This document shows positions 12,772 through 24,866 of a DNA stretch of 64,000 nucleotides, one piece after another. The position numbers and the translations under genes were made by a program. The notes under the pieces are model-generated. The model saw nothing but the letters and a program-made list of their open reading frames with translations, was not told the origin of the DNA and ran no database searches. Origin of the DNA: Kudoa neothunni (taxonomy: Eukaryota; Animalia; Cnidaria); contig OZ199840.1 in NCBI GenBank assembly GCA_964304625.1, forward strand, positions 7,102,336 through 7,166,335, in the 5' to 3' direction. Each line of letters opens with the position of its first letter. Position 1 is the stretch's first letter.

Positions 12772-15771
12772 CCCTCACGGGGCGATGCTCCAAAAATTGA
12801 TGTACGTTCCGGTGTGGGGTCAAAAATGACCCCAACGATATTTCGTAATTTAAGTTCGGAATTCCAAAAAAAATTATTCAGAATTTTTAATGTTATAAAT
12901 ATTTAATATAAAAGATTAAATAGTTTAAATTATTTTTCCATCATTGGGAAAAATGGGTTAACCCGTAGGAGTTTGTTGGTTCACATGAACTGACCCACAC
13001 AACCTACTAACCTCGTTCATTCATTACCGGTCAATGATTTTGCATTGGAATAGTGTGATTTGAGATCAAAAAGTTCAATACAACTAATTTTCGCCATATA
13101 TATTTGAGGAACAAGGAAACCGCTCCGGCAGTAGATATCCGAAGATTTTCTGTTAATCTTATGTTGTAAGAATAGGATTATATTTGCAACGTGGGTATTT
13201 TCGCTCTCATGAGTCATCGAAGAGCAATCAAAATCTTCATCTATTGACGAATCCATCATTTCTACATGATCTGCATAATATGAAATATCTGACGATCCTT
13301 CAAATTCAACATCACTGTCTACTTCACTGTTTTCGACAGAATCATTTAACAGATCTTCATATAGTTTTCTTGACATAACCTTAAAAGAATTTTTTCGGTC
13401 AAAAATAAAAATAAACTTATAGTTACCATTAATATAACCGTAAACAAACGGTGCGCGTTTAAGCTAAATTTGTTAATCCTCAACTAATTCACATACAGTG
13501 GTTGACGGATTCTACGTAGTACCGATTTTACGTACTTTTTTAAAAAACGTTGCGCACGTTTTCTGTCTCTTTCGTAGACTCTGGAATGGCTAAAACAATA
13601 AAAAAACATCGAACATTAAAAGATAAACTCGATATCATAAAGTATTATGATACGCTACCAAAAAAAGGAGCGAAGGCAGCCACAATTAAAAAATTTAATT
13701 TACTCACAATATCATCCTTGAATAGCATTCTCGATAAAAGACAAGAAATTGAAACCAACGACGAGTCTGGTCTAATTTCATCGAAAAGAAAAAATTTAAA
13801 ACTGGGGAAAGAGAATGATATCGATGAAGCTGTTTTTAACTGGTTCAATGTTATGAGGAGCAAAAACGTCGAACTATCCATATACGATATTATTTCTAAA
13901 CGAAACGATATTGCCAAATCGAGGGGCGACAATTCTACTGCTACCACAGGTTGGTTTAGAGGATTTAAAACTCGCTTCAACCTGAGAAGGGTTACCTTCC
14001 ATGGTGAATCTGCCTCGGTAGATCCAACGGTTGTGGATGATTGGAAGTTACGTTTAGCTGATGTTTCATCCGGTTTCTCTCCTGATTGCGTATACAATTT
14101 AGACGAAACGGCACTTTATTACCAACGGCAGAGAGGTAAACAATTAATAATTAAATATTAATAAATATTTCACAGGTAAAAGCTATGTTGCTTCTAATGA
14201 ACGAAATAACGGATGCCTAAAAAATTAAAAAAAGAGTGACCATCTTATTTGGTGCTTCCATGACTGGTGAAAAGCTTGATCCGCTTGTAATAGGACATTT
14301 TTGTAAACCTCGATGTTTTAAAAATGTGCCTAATTTGCCAGTCGCTTACGAACATTCAAAAAAAGCTTGGATGAATGGAGCCATCTTTAGGAGATACCTG
14401 TTAAAATTGAATAGTTTTTTCAGGAGTAAAAACAAAAAAGTACTCCTATTCGTCGACAATGCAAGTTGCCATATTCATTCCGACCTTAGTAATATCACTA
14501 TCGAGTATCTACCCAAGAATAGTACGAGTGTGTTGCAGCCCCTTGATCAAGGGATTATTCGTTCCTTTAAGGTTTCGTACATTTCAAAATTGATACAAAG
14601 GAATATTGCTTATGTTGAAGCCGAAATGACTCCTAACCCTCCAGACCTCCTAGATGCTCTGATGATGATAAAAAATGCTTGGCATGATGTTAAGCAACAG
14701 ACTGTCATTAATTGTTTTGAAAAAGCTGGTTTTATCAAACATGATACAAATATTTTAAATGAAGTCAACATCACTCAAACAAATGAAAGGATAGAGCCTG
14801 AATTGTCTTTGGAAATCGATGAAATAATGAATGAGGAAGATCAGGAACAAACTAAAGATGATTTTGAAGATTTCCAACAATATTCTGATAAACTGGATAA
14901 TAAATCAGATGAGGAGTTCCAACTCGAAGTCGAAGACAGCATCACTTCAAAATGCGCACTAGAGTGTATAAATAAATTGAAAACCTATTTTAGAAATAAT
15001 AAACTTGAATATTATGGACTTCTTTTGAATATTGAAGAAAATGTAGTTGGAAACATAAATAAAAATTTAGTTCAAACTAAAATATCAAACTTCTTCCCAA
15101 AAACATCGAATAAATCGGTATAATTTTTTTTATTTTGTGTATTTTTTGGAGATAATAAATTTGGTTTAAATGGGTATTCTCTAAGGTATATTTAAAGAGT
15201 GAGGCCAATTAAATTAAGTGAAATTACGCATTAAATTATTAAAATCTCGTCGCGAATATTCAAATGATTTCCGCTCACACTCAGTAATATTTGGAATTTT
15301 TAAATTAGTTCTTCATCAGATAATTACGATAATTCATGGAAATGCACAGAATATATGTATAAGGATAGAAAAAAATCAAATATATAAATGATGGGGGAAC
15401 GCATGCGCACAAAAGTACGTAAAATCCGTCAATCACTGTAATATCGTTATTTATTGGTAAACAGTCAAAAATTACTTTTTCTGATTAAAATTTTAACTAT
15501 TTAACTCTCATATTGATTTTTTATCTATAAAAATTGTAAATTATGGAGCAAAATATTGATGTTTAGGACGAATTTGTGAAACATGCGTTAAAATGAAGCC
15601 ATAATTTTTTAGAATTTTTGTATAAGTATTTGTTTTATGAATATAAATTCAAAGAAGGACACATTATCTTGGAATTGATAAAATCTTGAGAAATTTGAAG
15701 ATAAAATCAGCGGGAAAACACTAAAATACAAAAATTGGGGTCGAGATTGACCCCACACCGTCCCGCAAGGG
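12772..15771 (-). mobile_element. Internally deleted piggyBac element hosting a Tigger
   Basis: TTAA at 12768-12771 and 15772-15775. TIRs CCCTCACGGGGCGATG versus CCCTTGCGGGACGGTG. The acidic N-terminal ORF 13017-13376 resembles the N-terminus of the piggyBac ORF at 33132. Confidence 0.85.
13496..15438 (+). mobile_element. pogo/Tigger transposon with a near-intact, intron-containing transposase
   Basis: 23-bp TIRs (21/23 match, CAGTGGTTGACGGATTCTACGTA) with TA flanks. ATG at 13586, intron 14136-14175, one frameshift in A-runs near 14220-14233, stop at 15123. Motifs YNLDET, FVDNASCH and LQPLDQG. Confidence 0.93.
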
Positions 15772-16164
15772 TTAAGCCTTTTCAGGTTTAAAATATGGTG
15801 TAATCCAACAACCCTGTCACTATATGTAACGACTGTAGCTGACTTTCAATATGAAGAATCCGCCATATTATATACATACGCGTGACTCATAAACAGGATT
15901 ACTACTAAATATTTATGAGCTTGGTTACACACCGATACCGCAATTTTCGTAACGAGTACGAGTACTCCAGATTTCAGTATTCGCCGATACCGATACCCAT
16001 TCCGATACCATGTTCTACGCATGCTCATATTTTGATTTTCAATTATTTTAGACGTTTGTTGTATTATAATGAGATTACCTCGAAATTTTTGGTCGTTCAA
16101 AAAAAGGTTAATTTATCTAAAATTTACTGTGTTTACTTAATAAGGGAACCTACCTGATTGTGGG

Positions 16165-16930
16165 TGTGGTAAAGTAGGCGGCACCGAAAAAACGTCCCCT
16201 TGCGCATGTTTTATCGTATTTCTTTTTTCACGATTCTTGATAATAAAACAAAAGAATATGGAGAGTAAAAATTTAGCTCAACATAATAACTTCAAATCTT
16301 GAAAATTTTTCATTATAATAAAAATACTTTGTGAACTTTAAAATATAGATATGAATGTAGTAAGATCTGTGTTAGCTTATAATTCTTTTATTAAATTTTT
16401 TATTAGAAATTAAGGATTACTCTGTTTTTATTATTAACATTCAGGAACCTAAATTTTAAAAATGGTTATATTAATTTTTTTATCTTTAAGTATGTGTAAA
16501 ACATTTTTAAAGTATATTTTTATTGTTATATAAGTTTTTTTATGTTCCAAAATTCCCAAACAACAAATTCGGCGCAAGATACTGATTGTGAATATTTCAA
16601 GTTGTAACACAATATGTTAATTAAGGTTATTATTTTATCGGACACATATAATTGACTTAAAATAATAAATTTATAGAAACAAAATTTTTTTGAAGACATA
16701 ATAACCACAATTTTACGTTCATTGGATGATGGACTAAACACACGTTAAAATTCCCCCAATCAAGTAATAACTTCCTATAATCTGCCTTAAGTTATTTCCC
16801 TATTTAAATTTAATGTTGATCTAAAATATTATGCTGATTAATTATTAATGAACTAATCAGCTCCAAGAAAATTAAGAAAATATATTTTGGGAGCACGTGA
16901 TTGTCTTCTCGCCTCGAAATTATTCATGCT
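16165..16930. mobile_element. Partial copy of the about 1.3-kb non-autonomous GGTAAAGTA(G/T)GCGGCACC-ended family
   Basis: Terminal motif and AT-rich body are homologous to 27597-28894 and 38955-40035. Confidence 0.6.
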
Positions 16931-16944
16931 AAAAACCTATATAA

Positions 16945-17340
16945 TTAAATTTGATATAGTGAGAGTTTCGATTGGTAAAAGAAACTATTATATCTGATGG
17001 ATAGATCTTTTAGGCAACCACGGTTACGACATCTGAAACTGTATCCATCTGGATATCGTGGTTGAATCGTCATATCCATTCTAAATCCACAAATGAATAC
17101 TCTCTCTAGACAAAAGTCCAATTTCAACAGTCCCTCCTTCTTATCTTTGAGATATGTTATTTCTTCAAGTTTGGTTCATCCAAATTATCAGTTGAATAAA
17201 CAGCGGGAAGCACTCGTGGTTTTGGGGACTCGTGCGCCCTCGGAATCGAAAACACCCGATTGTTTTGATGTAAACTTTGGTCATCTTTTTTGTTCATCAA
17301 TTCAAACCGCTCTTTCACCTCTATATCAAAATCCAATTTT
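16945..17340 (-). pseudogene. Merlin transposase N-terminal zinc-ribbon fragment
   Basis: Reads CGFRM...DGYSFRCRNRGC..LSIRYNSFFYQSKLSL, typical of Merlin/ISXO2-like N-termini. Confidence 0.65.
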
Positions 17341-17472
17341 CCTTCCTTTGGGAGTTGTTATTACCTTTGAATAGAACAATCAGGCTAATATCAACTTTAG
17401 ATTAAATTAATCCGGATAATTTCTCGTTCTAGCGCGCAATGCGTAAGGAAGGGATTATATTAATCGTTAAAT

Positions 17473-19370
17473 TTATATATAGATTTTATAACGCAATAGT
17501 TTCCTCTTATATGTTTGTCGACAAAATTTGTCTTGAATATATATATATATATATATATATACATATTCCGCCAAATAACTTAGAATAAGATTGGGAGATT
17601 TATTGCGGACATGACTGAACTTCCTTTTACATGCTCCGCAAGTAGATTCAATGCGATTCGTATGCACTCCTTCAGAGAAGACGAATTCTTTATTATGATT
17701 CATCATCTTGTGCAGATAGCCATACTCATCCAATTTTCGATACCCTTTCCAAGAGTCTGACCAAATTATGGAACTTGGGTAAACATTTTTCGGCACTGGT
17801 GGTGAAAGTGGACCGTGCGGAATCGTAATCCGGTGATAATTTGTTAATCTTAAATTTGCGCCCACAGCAAATAAATATACATTTATACACTAAGAAAAAG
17901 TTTCTAACGCTATCTAAGTTAATACATTATCCATAGCCGATATATCATCACTGGCGTACATTTCACGCCACAAAAACTCGTCAAGATGACTTGCGAGAGT
18001 GGAAGTTTGGATGCCTGCCATCCTTTTGAATTTCCTCTTACAATTTTTCCAGTAACATTCCACATGGTTAGTATGGACTCCTGTTACTGGATCTTTAAAA
18101 TGCTTGGAATGATTCACTGTAGAGTGTTGATAGGATGGATCAACAGGAATATTTTTGATTTTATTATATGACGGCCACTGGTCAGAATGTATGATGCCTC
18201 CCGGCTTAATAAATCTTTCCACATAATGTGGAAGTGTATCTTCAGTTCCATCCCCAACAAGCACAAGGAAGCCCCGCTTTTCAACAATGTCTTATCCACC
18301 GAAAACCCACCTCTTCTTAGGCCATCTCCCTACATTATTTTTTGCTTTGGCCATCAATGATTCATCTATCTGAACAATGTGACCGGTACCACCAACTTTG
18401 TAATCATCCTTTATCAGTGTTCTAGAGCAAACGTCTCTAAAATACTGATACGATCTAATAATGGTCTTCTTATCCAGAGAAAATTCCTCGCTGGCCTTGA
18501 AAACCGGTCGTTCAACGCTCAATGAGTAGCATACTTTTACAAAATCTTGAAAACTTAAATTCTAATTCTCAAGGAAAGTGTCATTTTTTAATGATGTTTT
18601 AACGTTTTTATGAGTTGGACATTTATATATTTTGGAGCTGCGATATATGATGGTACTCATTTGTCTGCCACAAGTTGTGCATAATGGTGGATTTTGTTTC
18701 AGAATATTTCTACTCTTCAAAAATTCAATCCTGGCGTCTTCTGATACTGTTATCGATGAAATAAAGTCAAAACTCATTTTCGCGCGATTAAAAGTTGTGT
18801 AATCACTTAATCGGAGTCCACAATTCGTCACCAGTGCCCATTTTTCATAATAAATTCTGCCAGAGTGCTATGATCCCTTTTCAAGGTTAATTCCATAATG
18901 ATGTTACCCTCTTCATCAATTCCTCAAAAAACTCATAGATCTTGATTTGCAGGTATCCGTCCAACATTATACTTTCGTTTGCAAATTAGGGTTTCATCGA
19001 TTTGGACGATTATTCCAGCGCCACCAATTTTCCTTTAATTAATAAGAAGATAATTGGTGTAGATGTCTCTAATAAAGTTTTTCCAGTCGACTATTGTGTT
19101 AGATGATATTGAAAATTCTTTATCAATAAACTTGTGTGAAGAAACATCATAGGAATAATAAAATATCAGTTTTAATATTATATGAAGTCTCAGATGACTA
19201 TTTTGGAAAATGAGTTTTTCCGGACAGTTTCTTGCTTTTTGCAATCTGGGCAAAAATTAACAAATCCATCGGTTACCTGGTGTCTTTTCATTAATATCAT
19301 GTGAATACCGCAACATATAGTTTATCATCTATCATGCCAAAATAGCAGAATAACTTGACACAATATTCAT
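17473..19370 (-). pseudogene. Outer Merlin transposase remnant, interrupted by a younger Merlin
   Basis: Fragments TIVDWKNFIRDI (19035 ORF), GGAGIIVQIDET (about 19000) and IIWSDSWKGY...NH...GVHTNRIES (17473 ORF). The frame EFIMKN|VYPSSII is restored when 17792-18838 plus one TSD is removed. Confidence 0.8.
17792..18838 (-). mobile_element. Complete-length Merlin element with a disrupted transposase
   Basis: TIRs GGCACTGGTG.../...CACCAGTGCC and a perfect 8-bp TSD CATTTTTC (17784-91 / 18839-46). ORF pieces contain VQIDESLMAKAKNNVGR..WVFGG, IIHSDQWPSY, VNHSKHFKDPVTGVHTNHVECYW and HLDEFLWR. Confidence 0.93.
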
Positions 19371-19779
19371 AACATATAAACCCAATAAAATCTAGTTTAT
19401 TTTAGTTAGACGTAATTAAACAAAATCTATCAATTAAAAAAATATATGATATAAGTTTATAATGTTTTTATCATTAAATTGGAGAATTATATATAAACGA
19501 ATATTTTGGATAGAGTTAAAATTTTTTAACCATCTGTTGATTCAAAAGTCGTAATATTCGTAGTTATGAACAAAAATCATTACGTACGAGCCATAATTAC
19601 GCATGACAATTAAAATACATAAAAACTATTATCGATATTTTTATTTTTCTAAAGTCAAATTGAGGCACCATGTTAGTTTTGTTATAAAGTTTATAGGGTC
19701 CAAATTAAATTTTCTATATATTTATTATTTTATGTTTTATTGCGATATTACGCACAACCCATAAGTCACTGTATCTACA

Positions 19780-20265
19780 AAGATAGTAAAAATGGCTGAA
19801 TGTTAAGGACCTAACATCATGCCTGAAAATTATGCATCGCGCTGTTGTCAAACTTCCAGAGTTACAAAAAAGTCTCGCACAATGTGACTTCACACTAACC
19901 ATTGCAATTGTGGATCTCTCGCTAATTGACGGAACCATTTCAGAAAATTTAAAAATGAAATTTATTGAACGCTGCTTTGAACGACGCACCATTTAGTCTG
20001 GTATATTTATGTATTTTAGCTTCGATTCAAACATTTGTGAAAAGAATTTATTCTACAGAAGATCGTCAAATTTTTTTAGCTAATATAAAATTGAATTCTA
20101 TCTTAAAATAATTCAAAATTTGGGCTTAAAAAGTATTTTTAACCAAAGAATGACCGAAGTAAGATTTCTTTCTATCACATTTTTACATTTTTCTGCGTGC
20201 ACAAGAGTTAACATTGATAATTGAAAAAATTATTTACAAAACCAAAACCAAACCGTCATAACTCC
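19780..20265 (+). pseudogene. 3' fragment of the hAT family seen at 27457-30944
   Basis: 19795-20065 is nearly colinear with 30045-30315. A degenerate right TIR (AAAACCAAACCGTCATAACTCC) lies near 20245-20264. Confidence 0.8.
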
Positions 20266-20424
20266 AAATTATATATTTAAAAGTCAGAGGCTATTTACTG
20301 ATATGGTAAAATTTAATCCTAAACGGCATGTTCGCTTGCGCAATGGGAATTTTTTTCTCAGCAATTCTTACTTACAAGCTGTTTACAGTTTTAATTTTTT
20401 AGAACCTGCCATACTTAATTGTAA

Positions 20425-20865
20425 AAGCCTGGACAATATGGGACATAGTAGTGTTAGGTCGAGATCGCATACCATGAGGTTGTGAGTTCGAAGCCTAAGT
20501 CCGGGCGTTCCTGTACTCCTAATTTGAAGTTACGTAGGAAGGCTGTAGTAATCGCAAGGATCTACGATTTATCATGGTCCTACTTTCAGCCGGGAGGGGA
20601 GCCTGGCGGATGGATAGAACTCGGATGCTCATAAACTCCGGAGCACAGGAACAAAATAAAACCCAATTGGGGTTTCCATAGATCCAACGCCCGCATTCAG
20701 ACGTTTAACTCAGACTAATTCTGGGTTAGTCCAGGATATGATTTTGGTGGTGGTTGTTACGAAACGAGGATGTTTAGTGGGTTAAAATCTCACACTACCG
20801 CATAAACGTAAGTCGTCTTAATATGGCGTTGCGGTGCTTAAAGCCGTAAATGGAGAAGGCCTAAA
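20425..20865 (+). mobile_element. Possible tRNA-derived SINE
   Basis: GC-richer island with a B-box-like GAGTTCGAAGCC (about 20484-20496) and a LINE-3'-like TTTAGTGGGTTAAAATCTCACACTACC (about 20773-20799). No second copy in the window. Confidence 0.35.
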
Positions 20866-22093
20866 CAATCCGAACTTCACAACCTAACAAGTTACACCAG
20901 GGGTTTGGTCTTGTAAACAAAATTTAATCATGTGAGGTAAAAATCATAAAATACTTCCTTTTCCTTTACTGTGACACATATCACCAACTATATTAAATTG
21001 TAAATATTGTATTCTCAAACAAATAATCACGTTTATGGAGGGGGCGAACGATAAAAACGTCATCATGATTCTTAGTTATTTTTCTCAGTAGATTAATAGA
21101 CCTTATAGATTTATTAAAAAATTCCCCACAAAATTCAGGTCATATTAGCTAACATCACTGGAAAATTGTTTTTCATTTTATCGTCCGTCCGAATGTTTTT
21201 ATTTTAAATTGTTCTTGTCAATAATGGTTGAAACATTTTATTTATTCTCTGTTATAGGAAACAAATTTAAAAACCTCTTTCTGTATTAACTTTGCCGTCG
21301 ATAAATACAACTTTTCTTAATAAAGTATAATTTTTGTGATTATCGAAATTTTAATTATTTACATTTTATAATGATAATACAAAGATTTTCGTCGGAAATC
21401 AACCATATATTTCAGTATATAAACATGCTAGAACTCCTCTTTTTCCATTCCAACCTGAAAGTATACAATGGACGCTAAAATTACTGTTAAGCGAAAAAAT
21501 AATTATATATATATCGACCAGTCTAAAGAGATAATATGCTTTTTTATCGAACTGTTTAAAACAGTATGATAATTACACTTGATTTTGATGGACTCAGGAT
21601 GATGCACAAATGTAAATTTTTTCTTCTTCAAATTTTTCTAAAACTTCCAAAAAATTAAATTAAATAATTTTAGATAACACGTAAATATGAATAAAATATG
21701 TGAAGTAGTTTTAGAGACATTCATTCCCTGAGATATAGCCACTTTCTATTTAAAACCTATTATCTTTTAAAAACTAAATTCATTTTAGTTTTATGCAATT
21801 TTGAATGTATGGTAATTGACACAAAAACCTCGAACGGGCCAAGCAGGATAAATAATTATACTTTACAAAAACACAAACATTACATATTTTTAAAGTTAAA
21901 CCTGTGGCTCATTTAACATAATAGAGTCGTTCTGAAGAAAATCATTTAAAATATTTTTAAGAGTGAGAAAATAAAAAAAAGGCTGCCAAACATTAAAAAT
22001 ACATTATAATTTACAGATATATAATAATATCGCTAAAGTTTACAAAAAATTTTATTACGCTTAAATTTATGATCATTTAGAATGGGAGCTAGC

Positions 22094-22794
22094 CTAACTA
22101 GACGTTGGTTCTGAATTTTCTTCATCAGAAGAGGATGGTGGAAAGACATCTTGAATTGATCTAAAACAGATTAAAAATTGCAGTAATGTACAATGCTACT
22201 TTTTTTCTACTTGCTGATGCAATCTAAAATATTCAGGCCATTGCTTATCGTGGATCAGATCGCGGATATGCTTTTCATAGAGAACAGCTATCAAGATGCC
22301 TTTAATTTTGTCTCCTTCGACAACAGGCTCAGACGCAATAAACATGCCAACACTGATGTATATAACATTTCGAAATTTATTAGGTATGCTAATGAATACA
22401 ATCTCGCTCTTCTCAGTTTCAACCTTTAATAAATAATTTGCACAAACTTCAATCACCTAAAATATAGACTTGATTTCAAATATCGAATAGAAAATATTTC
22501 CCCGTTTTATAAAAAAAGTAAAAGCGTTAAAGTTTTTGAGGGGACTAAGGAAAGGAAACAATGGCCAAAACAAGGATTATTTAATATCTACCATTTAATT
22601 GTCCATTAAGTGAATCTTATAAATAAATTTAATAAAATAAGATAGGAACGAAATTTTATGCCTACAAAATAAAAAACCAAAATTAAATCAATTACCTTTG
22701 ATATAAAATCATTTGTTTTTCTGGAGTAATATTCATAAACCGATTTTTTCAATAGCCTTGAAGAGTTGCTGTTATGTATAAATTTGCTAGGCAT
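22094..22794 (-). CDS. EIF1AD: Probable RNA-binding protein EIF1AD (eIF1A-like OB fold), 3 exons
   Basis: Exons 22794-22696, 22456-22200 and 22160-22094, with GT-AG introns of 239 and 39 nt. KVETEKSEIVFISIPNKFRNVIYISVGMFIASEPVVEGDKIKG...HIRDL...WPEYF matches the EIF1AD pattern EVET....LVSMPSKYRKNIWIKRGDF...PIEEGEKVK...HVRSL...WPEAF. Acidic PPSSSDEE tail. Confidence 0.85.
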
Positions 22795-23002
22795 TGTTAA
22801 TTGTTTTTCTAATATTTATACAAAGCCGTCTAGATGCGTAACGAAAGTTTAGAGGTTGAAATAACTCCAAAAGCAGGTTGTCATTATTGCGCAAGCGTGA
22901 TTCTTTGTGACTATAAATCCGGCTTTTTGCGTTGTCAGTTGCCTGAGGGTGGTGCCATACGGTTTAGCGCTCATTATTATTCACCATTGCTGTTGTTTCA
23001 GA
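22795..23002. promoter_or_regulatory. Putative bidirectional promoter / 5' UTR region
   Basis: 208 bp between the divergent ATGs of EIF1AD and DNAJC9. GC-richer than its surroundings and free of recognisable TEs. Confidence 0.55.
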
Positions 23003-23907
23003 ATGAAATTCAGTGAAGAACTAAGTGAATTATTCAACACGTGGGACTTATACGAAATATTTCACATTGATAAATACGCGGATGACGAGACCATAAAGCG
23101 ATCCTACAAAAGAATGTCTCTCATCTACCACCCAGACAAGTGCAAAGGGGAAAAAAACCTTGAGAAAAACACAAAAATTTTCCAGGCTTTATCAAAAGCC
23201 CATAAAATCTTAACCAACCCCAAGCATCGTAAATATTTTGATGATACCGGAGAGATTGACGATATAGCATGCGAGAGTTTGTTTTCCGCAACGCTTGATA
23301 GCATAGAAGAATGGCAAGCGTATTGGAGAGCTTTGTTCCCGAAGATAACTATCGATGCTATAGTTCATTTTGAAAATGAATACAAAAATAGCTCGGAAGA
23401 AAGAAAAGATCTTGTTGATGCCTACCTGAAATACCGTGGTAACATGGATCTAATAATGGATACGATCATGTGTGCAACTGCCGAAGATGAAGACAGATTT
23501 AGAGACATTCTTCTCGAGGAAATCCAACATGGGAATATCCGAAAATTCAACCGCTTTATTAATGAGCCAGTGGTACGTAAAGACAAACGACGTAGAAAAG
23601 TTTTAAAAAATTTTGTACCAAATAGTTTTTAATTATTCTATAGTTTCTAAAAGAAGAGAAAGAAGCTCAAAAGTTAATGAAAAATAGGAAGGATTCCAAT
23701 CTTTTAGCAACAATGATCCATGCTAACCAGGAGAAGAGAGAAAACGCCTTCAGTTCCTTTTTGGATAATCTAATGCTAAAATACGGTGCCGATAGTGATG
23801 ACTATAGCGACGATGAGATATCCATTCATAGCACTTCTCTGATTACCATGAGTACTGTTAGCAAACGCGCAGGAAAACGAAACAAAAAAAGACGTTCCAA
23901 GCATTAA
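23003..23907 (+). CDS. DNAJC9: DnaJ homolog subfamily C member 9 (J-domain histone chaperone), 2 exons, 286 aa
   Basis: J-domain with HPD, followed by DNAJC9 signatures W..YWRALFPKIT..I..FE..YK.S.EE..DL..AY...G.MD.I and DEDRFR. Intron 23600-23643 (44 nt, GT-AG) joins RRRK|FLKEEKEA to the C-terminal FLDNLMLKYG. Confidence 0.93.
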
Positions 23908-24265
23908 TTATATAATTTTTTGTGTAATATTCGTTGTTCGTTATCGCATATTTTGTTACGATGGAAACATTTTTTAAATCAGTATTCCCATTTAACCACG
24001 AGAGGTATGTTCCAAGACATATTAGGGGGTATTGCGAATAGGAGGTGGATATTGGTAAGATAAATAATATTCAATTATCATTAGTTTTGGCTATATTTAA
24101 TATTTCTAGGACGTAAGAGCAAGGCGGCGTGACACAATTAATGTAATATAGCAGATTCTAACAAATAAAATCTGTATATGCTTTTTCAATAAGAGTTGTT
24201 GGGATCAAAAATTTAAATTATGCAAACGTACATGCCGTTTATGACAGGATGTCCAAAGCTTAGGA

Positions 24266-24670
24266 CAGCGGCTCTTAACCTGGGGTCCGAGAACGAATCG
24301 AAGCGGCCCGTGCGTGATTTAAATAAAATCTGAATCCAATTTTATCATCATACTTTCATTATAATTAAGTATTTTTAAACATTAGCGTAATGGTTAAATA
24401 TTTCAAATATACGCTTGCTTAATTGTTTTTTTATACATATTTTATATTTGTTACAAAATTTATAAAACAAGAGTTATTCAATAGCTTATTTAATAAAAAC
24501 TGAAAATTTCCAAAATATACTTCTTAGTGTTGCATAGTAAGCAATTAGATTGATTACTCCTTGTATAACAACCTATTATTGCGAAACTAGATTTCCATGC
24601 GAGTTTCTCTCAAATACTTTTCAGAATTCTGTGAACTTATTGATAAAAAGAAACTACAAAAATCTCAGTA
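24266..24670 (+). mobile_element. hAT (Charlie/Buster) remnant
   Basis: End motif CAGCGGCTCTTAACCTGGGGTCCG. A C-terminal-like remnant (RVSLSN...FCELIDKKKLQKSQ) lies near 24595-24670. Confidence 0.5.
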
Positions 24671-24866
24671 AATATTTTTTTAACGTCTATTATTTATAAA
24701 AAAGTAAGATTTTTGCATTAATCCCGCCGTCTACTATATAAAAATTCCTTGTTTATTACAAGAACATTTTTCATTCAGAAATTTTGTATGTATTTTACTT
24801 TTAAACATTTATCCATGTATAGATAATAACTCAAAAAATTTAATTTCATTTTTTATTATATTATTA

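Noticed and set aside
11082-18838. Bacterial contamination or recent transfer suggested by IS630- and IS1595-like transposases
   Set aside because: These correspond to eukaryotic Tc1/IS630 and Merlin families. One carries spliceosomal introns and they are nested among eukaryotic TEs.
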